Source: an uncultured Bdellovibrionales bacterium
Lineage (GTDB): Bacteria > Patescibacteriota > Minisyncoccia > Moranbacterales > UBA1568
Reading direction: 5' to 3'
DNA: 64,000 nt
NCBI GenBank assembly: GCA_964612055.1
Contig: CAZTBI010000001.1
Span: 71,957 to 135,956 of the forward strand
Shown here: positions 46,639-55,139 of the stretch, one piece after another
How the letters are laid out: every line of letters starts with the position of its first letter
Position numbering within the stretch: the stretch's first letter is position 1
The notes under the pieces: model-generated
Database searches by the model: none
What the model was told of the DNA's origin: nothing
The model's input: only the letters and a program-made list of their open reading frames with translations
Translations under genes and position numbers: made by a program

Positions 46639-47685
46639 ATGGAACAAGCCTCTAAAAAAAGAATCCGTTGGTCCACGGTGCTGTATGGTATTCTCGCGCT
46701 TTGCGCCGTGCTTCTCTCGGCGAGCTTTTTGGCGGTGTATTTTTTCCCACGCTCTGAAATGGTGAACACGGTCGTAAAACGTCTGCCGTATCCAGCGGCC
46801 GTTGTTGATTATCGACAGACGATTTCCTTTCGCGAACTTGCCCAGAACATGCAGTCGATCCAGCGGTTCTATGAAAACCAGGACTTCTCACAGGTAGGGC
46901 TACGCATTGACTTCTCAACCGATGAAGGCAAGAAGCGCCTGAAGGTTCGTGAGAAGGAAGTGTTGAACAAGATGATTGAGGATCAGAGTATTATCGCCCT
47001 TGCCAAGGAACGAGGCATTTTTGTCACGGAGGAGATGGCTCGCCAGGGGGTGGCTCGCAAGCTTGAGGAGTATGGCAACGGTGATCAGGTCAAGGAGAAT
47101 CTCGAGCGTCTGTATGGTTGGACTCTCTCTGATTTCGAGGAAAAGATCGTATTGCCAAGCCTCTATGAAGAAAAGCTGAACGATATCTTTGTGAAAGAAA
47201 TGAATCCGGATGCCGCGGCGAAGGAAAAGATTGAGAAGGCAGCAGAACTCCTGCGTCAGGGATCGGACTTCACTGAAGTCGTGAAGCAGTACTCGGATGG
47301 ACAAACCGCTGATGCCGGTGGTGATCTCGGATGGTTTTCAATCGAAGATCTGGCACCAGAATTGCGTGGTTCAGTGGTACTGCAGAAGGTGGGTGTCTCA
47401 GGAAACGTGATAGAGAGTAGTCTCGGATTTCATATCATTCTCGTTGAAGAGGTGAAAAAAGAAAAAGACAAACAACTCTATCGAATTCGGCAGATCTTTG
47501 CGAGAAAAGAGACCTTTCCTCATTGGTTGTCAGAGGAGATGAGTTCGATGTCTATTTGGATACTGACTCCCGAATATCGCTTTGATCATGATACTGCTCG
47601 GGTGGAGTTCAAGGATCCAGAGTGGAAGAAATTTGAGGAAGATCTTTATAAAAAAGCGAGCGGCGATCCCTCTTTTCTTCTCTAA
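46639..47685 (+). CDS. peptidyl-prolyl cis-trans isomerase, parvulin (PpiC) type, membrane-anchored PrsA/SurA-like
   Basis: N-terminal TM. The parvulin domain gives SDGQTADAGGDLGWFSIEDLAPEL...SLGFHIILVEE. Confidence 0.8.
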   Translation: MEQASKKRIRWSTVLYGILALCAVLLSASFLAVYFFPRSEMVNTVVKRLPYPAAVVDYRQTISFRELAQNMQSIQRFYENQDFSQVGLRIDFSTDEGKKRLKVREKEVLNKMIEDQSIIALAKERGIFVTEEMARQGVARKLEEYGNGDQVKENLERLYGWTLSDFEEKIVLPSLYEEKLNDIFVKEMNPDAAAKEKIEKAAELLRQGSDFTEVVKQYSDGQTADAGGDLGWFSIEDLAPELRGSVVLQKVGVSGNVIESSLGFHIILVEEVKKEKDKQLYRIRQIFARKETFPHWLSEEMSSMSIWILTPEYRFDHDTARVEFKDPEWKKFEEDLYKKASGDPSFLL

Positions 47686-47744
47686 GAGTAGCTAAAAATA
47701 GAGTCACCTTGAGGGCTTATACTCATCCTTATCTTTTTCTTATG

Positions 47745-48977
47745 GAAAATACCTCTTTCAACGAACAGGGCAACACTGTCATCGAGCAGCCTCTTCCTCC
47801 AAAAAGTTATAGCAAAGGAAAACTCGTTGTTTTTTTGATTCTCGCTCTCTTGTGTGGATTCGCTGGTGGCATGATCGCGCCAGCGCTCCAAGAGCGCTTT
47901 GCTCAGTATCTGCCTGAAATACTTCGGCCGATGAATTCGGTACTGGAAAAAAATACAGTGGTTCTTTCTGAGGAAAGCGCCGTAGCTGATTTGGTAGAAA
48001 AAAATTCTCCGGGGGTGGTCAGTATTGTTATTAGTAAAGATGTTCCCAAGGTGCGGAGCTTTTTTGGATTTCCGTTTTTTGATTCGGAAACTGGCAATGC
48101 GGAAACGAAAAAGCAGAAAGTGGGGAGTGGTTCCGGATTCTTTGTTTCATCGGATGGTTTGATTGTGACAAATAAACACGTGGTTGCTGATGAGGAAGCT
48201 GATTACACGGTTCTTCTGGGAAACGGGGATGAGTATAAGGCGACTGTCTTGGCGCGGGATCCGAGTAATGATATCGCGGTCATTCAAATTGAGGGCAAGG
48301 ATTTCCCTGTTTTGACACTGGGTGATTCCGAAAAGATTCGCGTGGGAGAAACCATCATCGCTATCGGTAATCCTCTGGGTGAGTTTGAAAACTCGGTCAG
48401 TCGAGGGATTGTCTCTGGTCTCCGTCGAAACCTCGATGCTGGTTCGGGTCTCGGTGATTCCGAACATCTTTCAGAGATTATCCAGATTGATGCCGCTATC
48501 AATCCTGGGAATTCCGGTGGGCCACTTTTCAATCTGGCGGGCGAAGTTATTGGCGTGAACGTTGCTATGGCTCAAGGAGCCGAAAATATCGGCTTTTCGC
48601 TCCCGATTAATCAGATCAAGCGCATCGTAGAACAAGTGCGTACCACGGGGAGACTTTCTTTCCCGTATCTGGGAGTGCGTTCTATTACCTTGGATGATGA
48701 ATTGAAGAAAAAGACTGGCCTCCCATTCAATTATGGGGCACTAGTGCTGCGTGGACAAACGGTGACGGATTTTGCTGTTGTGCCAGGCTCGCCAGCAGAC
48801 AAGGCTGGCATTGTCGAAAATGATATCATCCTTGAAATTGATGGCAAAAAAGTAGATACTGATCATAGCCTTGTCTCCTTCATGGCGCAGTATTCGGTTG
48901 GGGATGAAGTGACGGTAAAACTCTGGCACAAGGGAGAAGTGAAGGATGTGACCGTGAAGCTCGAAGAACGCCAGTAG
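47745..48977 (+). CDS. HtrA/DegP-family serine protease with PDZ domain
   Basis: Catalytic triad motifs are present (TNKHVV, DIAVIQ, GNSGGPLFN), followed by a C-terminal PDZ. Confidence 0.88.
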   Translation, partial: ENTSFNEQGNTVIEQPLPPKSYSKGKLVVFLILALLCGFAGGMIAPALQERFAQYLPEILRPMNSVLEKNTVVLSEESAVADLVEKNSPGVVSIVISKDVPKVRSFFGFPFFDSETGNAETKKQKVGSGSGFFVSSDGLIVTNKHVVADEEADYTVLLGNGDEYKATVLARDPSNDIAVIQIEGKDFPVLTLGDSEKIRVGETIIAIGNPLGEFENSVSRGIVSGLRRNLDAGSGLGDSEHLSEIIQIDAAINPGNSGGPLFNLAGEVIGVNVAMAQGAENIGFSLPINQIKRIVEQVRTTGRLSFPYLGVRSITLDDELKKKTGLPFNYGALVLRGQTVTDFAVVPGSPADKAGIVENDIILEIDGKKVDTDHSLVSFMAQYSVGDEVTVKLWHKGEVKDVTVKLEERQ

Positions 48978-49016
48978 TACGGGAGATAATCTATTTAAAA
49001 GAAGATTGGCAACGAA

Positions 49017-49772
49017 ATGATTTTTCACCTTACTGTTTTTGTCTGGAGCTTAGCCTTTCTTGCTGGCCTTGAGGCGGTAGCACTCAATCCCATCTTTGCC
49101 TCTTGGAGTTGGTATCTTCTTTCTATTGGCGTGCTGGTCGCGATATCGCTCGGTGCCATTCGTCGTTTGACGGAGAATTCTTCAGATGCCTTTATTCCGA
49201 TTCTGCTTTCTCTCGCTTCGCCGACGCTCCTCTCGCTCGTCGATCATCCTGGTGAGCGGCAAGTGTTTGTTTTCCTAAGTGCGGTGATGTATTATTTCGC
49301 GCTCCTCGGGAACTACCGTCTCCACCATGCTCCTGCTGACAAAACGGGTGAGGCCTTTCTGAACTCAGCTGCGATGGCGGCCATGTTCTTCTTTTATGCC
49401 GGTCTGTACGGATTTTTTCTCAACTTCTCCTTTCCACTTTGGGGATTGATGCTTCTGTACTTTATTGGTACGGCACTGACCAGTTACGAGACGTTTATTA
49501 CCGTCGACAAGAAAGAACGCAAAAGAGTGATTCTCTACAGTGCGCTTCTCGGCTTTATCATGGGCGAGATGGTGCTCGTGATGAGTCTTTGGCCATTTGG
49601 GTACCTGACAACAGGGGCTCTCGGGACGATTCTTTTTTTCATCGCGTGGGATATTTCCTTTGATGCTTTTCGAGAGACGTTGTCATTGAAAAAGGCGATG
49701 ATTCGCATCCTATTTCTCATGATACTCGTCCTCCTTCTCCTTATCAGTTCTCCGTGGCGGATATTGGTGTAG
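49017..49772 (+). CDS. hypothetical polytopic membrane protein
   Basis: 251 aa with 6-7 predicted TM helices. No family recognised. Confidence 0.5.
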   Translation: MIFHLTVFVWSLAFLAGLEAVALNPIFASWSWYLLSIGVLVAISLGAIRRLTENSSDAFIPILLSLASPTLLSLVDHPGERQVFVFLSAVMYYFALLGNYRLHHAPADKTGEAFLNSAAMAAMFFFYAGLYGFFLNFSFPLWGLMLLYFIGTALTSYETFITVDKKERKRVILYSALLGFIMGEMVLVMSLWPFGYLTTGALGTILFFIAWDISFDAFRETLSLKKAMIRILFLMILVLLLLISSPWRILV

Positions 49773-49892
49773 AGCGTATTCTTGTTGTTCGTGACGGTTT
49801 TGCGATAGAGTTTCTTGGGAGTGAAAAATTACATACTTTTGGGGAGTTGTTTCCCAAAAATACCTTCCCTTTTCTTTTTAAGGAATTCCTAA

Positions 49893-50037
49893 ACCAAGCA
49901 ACCTCCCAAAGTACCGCTTGCTTGCCCCGGCGTGGCAAGCTGCTCTACGCTTCCACCCGCACTCTTTTTCTTCTGCCAGCTGGCAGAAGAAAAAACCATG
50001 CCCGTGCGGGCTCCAGAGTTACTTTGGAAGATTCTTG
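49893..50037 (+). repeat. structured intergenic repeat R1, copy 2
   Basis: Near-identical to 9562..9695 except that the P3 hairpin is extended (tttttcttctgcc-agc-tggcagaagaaaaa versus tttttcc-TTCG-ggaaaaa), with stem-preserving changes. Confidence 0.6.
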
Positions 50038-50091
50038 TTTAGGGATTCTCGGTATGCGCAGCGTTTTCGAAAATATTTTCATTTTCTTCAG

Positions 50092-50203
50092 CCGTGTCCT
50101 GTCGGTCACATTTGTCATGAGTGTACCGGTAACAGTCGAGCGTAATGAGTGGCTTCCGTCAGATAGCTCCCTGTTCGGCGAAGCGATTGAGAAATGTTCG
50201 ATA
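50092..50203 (+). repeat. intergenic repeat R2, copy 1
   Basis: About 112 nt. About 85% identical to the reverse complement of 59381..59497, with a shared core gtcggtNacatttgtNatgagtgNaccggtaacagtcgagcgtaa...agctccctgttcggc...gaaatgttcga. Confidence 0.55.
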
Positions 50204-50314
50204 GGACTAAAGGGGGAGAAAAGGGAACATATTTTTGAAAACGTACATACCATTTTTTGTTCAGAGGCATTTCTTGCCGAAAATGGTGAAATATGATAGA
50301 AGTAAAGCACTGTT

Positions 50315-51499
50315 ATGGCATCATTTTTCATCAAAAAAGCCCTTCTTTTCAGTTTTTTAGCCATCATCGTGCTCATCTTGGGCGGGGTGGGGGGTGTTTT
50401 TTTTGAGCGTTCACTGGTGCCGCGTTTGGCTGCTACAGAATACTTTGGGAACTGGGATATCTTCAAGAAAGCCGCAGAGCACGTGACGGTCATCAACAAG
50501 ACTGAGCAGATCGTGATCCGTGAAGATGATACCGTTGAAAGAATCGTTTCTCAGCCAGCAACGGCAGTGGTGAATATCGTGGCTTTGCCTGGGGTAAAGG
50601 GTGCGAAGGGGAGTACGGCCGCTTTGGGCGCAGCCGCAGAGACGGTCGTGACGACTACGGGTGTGCTGCTGACGAATGACGGTCTGGTAGCGACCTACAG
50701 CGAGCTTCCTTTTGATACTGAAAAGACAGAGTATTCCATCTTGCTTTACGATGGCTCGATCCACCAAGCGACGTTTGCTGGTCGAGACAAGTTGACGAAT
50801 CTTTCATTTTTCCGAGTGAGCGATGCTTCCAATACGCCGGCCATTGCTTTTGCAAATTCCGATGACGCACGCGTAGGAAGAAAGCTGATTGCGATCGGGA
50901 ATACATTTGCGGAATATCAGAATCGTTTGGCCGTAGGTATCCTTTCCAATATCAATCGCATCTTCAATCTTTCTGGAAAAACGGTTGCTTCCTCAGAAAA
51001 GTGGGAAGGAGTCTTTGAGATGGATCTGGCTAGACCAGAATCGTTCGTCGGTGGTCCGGTGATCGGTTTCAATGGGGAGATGGTTGGTATCGTAGGAACA
51101 CTCGCCATCAACAATACACTCCAGTCGTTTGTCATTCCATCGAATGTGGTGCGCGATGCTCTTAATCGTCTGATCGCTGGGACATTGGAGAGGCGGCCGA
51201 TTCTTGGTGCGTACTATCTCTCGATTACGAAAGCTTTGGCACTGGGTCAAGGTCTCGCTCGTGATCGTGGGGCGCTTGTCTATTCGCGCTCTGGTTCCAC
51301 TGGTCTTGCCCTGATCGCTGATTCACCGGCCATGAAGGCTGGGATTCTGGCAGGGGATATTATTATCTCGGTAAACGGTACCGAAGTGAATCTCGACAAT
51401 CCGCTCCCAGAGATACTGTCACGCTTCAATGTTGGCGACACGCTTTCTCTGGTCATTCTCCGCAACAATGAGGAGCGGACCATCGAAGTGAAACTGTAA
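50315..51499 (+). CDS. HtrA-like pseudo-protease with PDZ domain (catalytic His and Ser substituted)
   Basis: Trypsin-fold/PDZ architecture aligns with the neighbouring HtrA. The His motif reads TNDGLV and the Ser motif reads ESFVGGPV (no GNSGGP). Confidence 0.7.
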   Translation: MASFFIKKALLFSFLAIIVLILGGVGGVFFERSLVPRLAATEYFGNWDIFKKAAEHVTVINKTEQIVIREDDTVERIVSQPATAVVNIVALPGVKGAKGSTAALGAAAETVVTTTGVLLTNDGLVATYSELPFDTEKTEYSILLYDGSIHQATFAGRDKLTNLSFFRVSDASNTPAIAFANSDDARVGRKLIAIGNTFAEYQNRLAVGILSNINRIFNLSGKTVASSEKWEGVFEMDLARPESFVGGPVIGFNGEMVGIVGTLAINNTLQSFVIPSNVVRDALNRLIAGTLERRPILGAYYLSITKALALGQGLARDRGALVYSRSGSTGLALIADSPAMKAGILAGDIIISVNGTEVNLDNPLPEILSRFNVGDTLSLVILRNNEERTIEVKL

Positions 51500-51520
51500 A
51501 TCTCTTCTCAAAAATACTGA

Positions 51521-51551
51521 AAAAAGAGGCTTGGTATAGCCTCTTTTTTGC
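51521..51551 (+). terminator. rho-independent terminator
   Basis: agaggct-tggtat-agcctct followed by TTTTTTG, 25 nt after the stop of the HtrA-like gene. Confidence 0.65.
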
Positions 51552-51564
51552 TATCTCTAGGACA

Positions 51565-51593
51565 TTGACTTTTATACTAAAAAGTGATATAAT
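51565..51593 (+). promoter_or_regulatory. sigma70-type promoter TTGACT-17-TATAAT
   Basis: Perfect -10 and near-perfect -35 with 17-nt spacing. It drives the GC-rich ORF at 51706 through a roughly 105-nt leader ending in a strong AAGGAG SD. Confidence 0.65.
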
Positions 51594-51705
51594 AGTAGGT
51601 CGTTGATTTTGTCGACGACGAGCACGTTTACAAGAAGAATAAGCATTCATCAATCTGGGCATCAGCCCATCATCAACGAGCGTTTGAGCTCACAAGGAGT
51701 TTGAC

Positions 51706-53034
51706 ATGGCACCACTGCCAGTTGATAAGATCCCGACTCATACCGGGTTCCATTTCGATGAGGTCCTGGGGATTTTCCAGATGTGGAATTATCCGCAGCA
51801 TTCCGAACCGCTTTTCCCTGGCATCAGCAACGCCAGTGTGGTTTTCTGGAATGCCGGCCGCAAGACGCCGGATGGCTACTACGCTGACGAAGGCTGGATC
51901 CGGAAGAATCGGATGTGTCCTGTCGGTTGTGGCGGCAGCATCTTTGACGAGCACCCCAAAGAAGAAGAGTCTGAGGAAGAGGAGCGCCTTCGTCCACAGA
52001 CCTGCGCGGCCCTGTTGGTTGCTCAGAAGCTCGGCATCGATCAGTTGCCACGGCTCCAGTCCTGCCTCCGATTCGCGGTGGAAGTCGATAACAATGCGAC
52101 GGATCATCCGCACAGCATTGCTGCGACCATCAAGAAGCTCCACAACAACCGTGAGACGACGCCGGGTCATGTCAGGAAGTGGGTGAAGGATCCGGAACAG
52201 GCAAAGAGGATCAAAGAACTCCTCCAGCGTCGGATCTCGATCGGTGATGTGTTCGAATGGGTGCAGCAAGGGATCTACGCCAAGATGTGCGAACAACCCC
52301 AGACCGACGACTTCACGATCGAAAAGATCGGTGAACTCATGCAGCTGCAAGGCATGCATGAACCGTTTTCGGCTGAGGACTGGTTGCGCATCGGCACTGA
52401 TGCGATGGAGCTCGATCAGTTGCTTTTTGACACGGTGACGGCTGAGCAGTACCAGGCGTTCAAGACCATTGTTCCTTTCCGAGGAATCGGCAGAGGGAGC
52501 AAGGTCATGGACATGAAGATCGCCGTAGTTCCGTCGGATGATGTGCGCATCGATCGTTACGCCCGATCAAAGTTGGGCGATCAAGTAGCGGTCACCGTCA
52601 TCAAAAGGTCGACTGGCAACATCGTCGTCATGGTGAACAAGTATTACGGTCTCCGTACCTATGACATCGCTCGGGCGATCAAGACGGAAGAATGTCTCAT
52701 GAGAGGCATCGAACTTCCGCGCTGGGATCAGATGAGGCGGCAGCTTCAGCACAGTGTGTGGTACTACCATGCGCCGGGCGGCAACCTCTTTAATGGGGCC
52801 AAGACCTCGCCGGATACGCCGCCGACCGTAATCCCGCTGCCGAGGATTGTCCAGTTGGTGAAGATGGCAGTTTCGTCTGAGGCGTTCGAATCGTCTCGGA
52901 GCGAATGCTGCCTGCAGGGGATCTGCAGTTCGACTCCACGGCAACCCTGTTCGTGGTACAAGTACGGCCTGTCCCGTTGTCAGACAATCCGCTTTGAAGC
53001 ACGACGTGACGCGGAGGCCGAGCTGAATAAGTAG
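51706..53034 (+). CDS. hypothetical protein (442 aa) encoded in a GC-rich island; possible horizontally acquired gene
   Basis: It is the only ORF spanning the whole island. It has a strong SD (AAGGAG 7 nt upstream) and its own promoter and terminator. GC is visibly higher than flanking DNA, with many spurious all-frame ORFs. No family recognised. Confidence 0.55.
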   Translation: MAPLPVDKIPTHTGFHFDEVLGIFQMWNYPQHSEPLFPGISNASVVFWNAGRKTPDGYYADEGWIRKNRMCPVGCGGSIFDEHPKEEESEEEERLRPQTCAALLVAQKLGIDQLPRLQSCLRFAVEVDNNATDHPHSIAATIKKLHNNRETTPGHVRKWVKDPEQAKRIKELLQRRISIGDVFEWVQQGIYAKMCEQPQTDDFTIEKIGELMQLQGMHEPFSAEDWLRIGTDAMELDQLLFDTVTAEQYQAFKTIVPFRGIGRGSKVMDMKIAVVPSDDVRIDRYARSKLGDQVAVTVIKRSTGNIVVMVNKYYGLRTYDIARAIKTEECLMRGIELPRWDQMRRQLQHSVWYYHAPGGNLFNGAKTSPDTPPTVIPLPRIVQLVKMAVSSEAFESSRSECCLQGICSSTPRQPCSWYKYGLSRCQTIRFEARRDAEAELNK

Positions 53035-53053
53035 GTTCCAAGCAACATTGAAA

Positions 53054-53096
53054 GACCCGAAAGACGAGAAACATCGTCCGGGTCTTTTTTCTTTGA
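53054..53096 (+). terminator. rho-independent terminator
   Basis: agacccg-(19 nt loop)-cgggtct followed by TTTTTTCTTT. Confidence 0.55.
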
Positions 53097-53122
53097 CCAA
53101 AAGGCCAATTTCGGCTATGATG
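53094..53122 (+). promoter_or_regulatory. sigma70-type promoter TTGACC-17-TATGAT for proS operon
   Basis: Good -35 and -10 hexamers with a 17-nt spacer, 20 nt upstream of the proS ATG. Confidence 0.55.
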
Positions 53123-53142
53123 AAAGAAATTTAGCCTATTTT

Positions 53143-54378
53143 ATGAAACAATCACACCTGTTTACCAAGACTAAAAAAGAAGCTCCAAAGGATGAAGTGA
53201 GCCGCAATGCCCAGTTATTGATTCGGGCTGGCTATGTCTACAAAGTGATGGCGGGAGTCTATGCCTATACGCCACTTGGTCTGCGGGTGCTCGAGAACAT
53301 CAAGCGAATTGTCCGCGAGGAGATGAACACTATTGGCGGACAGGAGCTGATCATGACCAATCTGCAACGGAAAGACACCTGGGAGGTGACGGGACGCTGG
53401 AGTGATGAGGCGGTCGATGTGTGGTTCAAGACAAAGCTCCAAGATGGGGTGGAGCTCGGACTGGCTTGGAGTCACGAAGAGGCTATCATGGAAATGATGC
53501 AGCAGTTTGTGGAAAGTTACAAAGATTTACCGATCAGTGTCTACCAGTTCCAAACCAAACTGCGGAACGAACTGCGTGCCAAAAGCGGCATCATGCGTGG
53601 TCGTGAATTCGTGATGAAAGATATGTACTCGCTCCATGCGACAGAAAAGGACATGGATCAGTACTATGAGCGAGTTATCGAAGCGTACAAAAAGATCTAT
53701 CAGCGGCTTGGTATTGGTGATGAGACGTACGTGACCTTTGCGAGTGGCGGCGCTTTTACGAAGTTCAGTCATGAATTTCAGACGATTTGTACTGCTGGTG
53801 AAGATGTCTTGTATGTGAATGCCGACAGGACGGTGGCGGTCAATGAAGAAGTGCTCGATGATGCGACACAGGAGCTTGGTGTCGATAAAAAAACGTTGTC
53901 ACCAGTAACCACCGCGGAGGTCGGAAATATCTTCAAATTTGGTACGGAGAAGAGTGATAAGATGCATGTTGTATACAAGGATGCCGAAGGAAAGCAGCAA
54001 CCGATATATCTTGCTTCCTATGGAATCGGAATCACGCGTGTCATGGGGGTGATTGTAGAAAAGTTTTCTGACGATAAGGGCCTGGTATGGCCGGAGGCGG
54101 TAGCGCCGTTTCAGGTGCATTTGCTTTCGCTTGGAGCTGATGAAAAGGCAACCGAGATCTATGAGACACTGACCAAGGCTGGTATCGAGGTACTGTATGA
54201 CGATCGTGATCTTTCCGCTGGTGCTAAATTCGCTGAGAGTGACCTCTTGGGAATTCCGTGTCGGATCGTCGTTGGGAAGCGTTCTCTCGAGTCTGGTAAA
54301 GCGGAGGTGAAGAAACGGACCGAAGGGGACGCTACCGAAGTAGCCTTTGATGATCTCGTTTCGTTGTTTAGAAAATAA
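53143..54378 (+). CDS. proS: proline--tRNA ligase (short form without INS editing domain)
   Basis: N-terminus LFTKTKKEAPKDEVSRNAQLLIRAGYVYKVMAGVYAYTPLG. Class II motifs and a C-terminal anticodon-binding domain. 411 aa. Confidence 0.85.
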   Translation: MKQSHLFTKTKKEAPKDEVSRNAQLLIRAGYVYKVMAGVYAYTPLGLRVLENIKRIVREEMNTIGGQELIMTNLQRKDTWEVTGRWSDEAVDVWFKTKLQDGVELGLAWSHEEAIMEMMQQFVESYKDLPISVYQFQTKLRNELRAKSGIMRGREFVMKDMYSLHATEKDMDQYYERVIEAYKKIYQRLGIGDETYVTFASGGAFTKFSHEFQTICTAGEDVLYVNADRTVAVNEEVLDDATQELGVDKKTLSPVTTAEVGNIFKFGTEKSDKMHVVYKDAEGKQQPIYLASYGIGITRVMGVIVEKFSDDKGLVWPEAVAPFQVHLLSLGADEKATEIYETLTKAGIEVLYDDRDLSAGAKFAESDLLGIPCRIVVGKRSLESGKAEVKKRTEGDATEVAFDDLVSLFRK

Positions 54379-54396
54379 CTTCTCAGTATACTTCGC

Positions 54397-55122
54397 ATGA
54401 ACGCTCATCAGAAAAAAGAACGGATCATCATTTCGCTCGGGGGATCGCTTTTGGTTCCGGAAAGTATTGATGCGGAGTTTGTCGGAAATTTCAAAAAGTT
54501 CATCGTTTCTCATATTAAAAAAGGGTATCGTTTTATTCTCGTGACTGGTGGTGGAAAAACAGCCCGGCGCTATATTGAAGCCGCTGGGCAGGTGACCAAA
54601 ATTACTGATGAGGATCGTGATTGGCTGGGTATTCATGCCACCCGTATGAATGCTCACTTGGTGCGTACTATTTTCCGTGAATATGCTCACCCGCGGATCA
54701 ACACCAACCCACACGACCTCGAAGATTTTTACTCAGCGCCGGAGCCGATCTTGGTGGCGGCTGGCTGGCGCCCGGGCTTCTCAACGGATTTTGATGCGGT
54801 GGTCATCGGAAAGTATCTCGATGTGAAGCGTATTATCAATTTGTCGAACATCGAACGTGTCTACGACAAGGATCCGCGTCTCCATGCTGATGCCACGCCG
54901 TATGACCACATGACTTGGAAAGGGTTTCGCAAAATCGTCGGGAGCAAGTGGAATCCAGGCATGAACGTGCCGTTTGATCCGATTGCTTCGCAGATGGCCC
55001 AAAAAGAGGGCATGGAAGTGGCTATCATGAATGGTGGCGACCTGAAAAATGTTACCAACTATGTTGCCGGGAAACCATTTATTGGCACTCTGATCAAGGA
55101 TGAATCTGAAACGACTGAGTAA
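54397..55122 (+). CDS. pyrH: uridylate kinase (amino-acid-kinase fold, archaeal-type PyrH)
   Basis: IIISLGGSLL...ILVTGGGKTARRY...VAAGWRPGFSTD are amino-acid kinase family motifs consistent with UMP kinase. Confidence 0.7.
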   Translation: MNAHQKKERIIISLGGSLLVPESIDAEFVGNFKKFIVSHIKKGYRFILVTGGGKTARRYIEAAGQVTKITDEDRDWLGIHATRMNAHLVRTIFREYAHPRINTNPHDLEDFYSAPEPILVAAGWRPGFSTDFDAVVIGKYLDVKRIINLSNIERVYDKDPRLHADATPYDHMTWKGFRKIVGSKWNPGMNVPFDPIASQMAQKEGMEVAIMNGGDLKNVTNYVAGKPFIGTLIKDESETTE

Positions 55123-55139
55123 CGATCGAAACGGATACT

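Noticed and set aside
51673-53100. Long minus-strand ORFs (228 aa, 177 aa) and nested plus ORFs inside the GC-rich island
   Set aside because: High GC suppresses stop codons in all frames. The single 442-aa plus-strand ORF spans the whole island and has an SD and promoter, so the others are considered artefacts.
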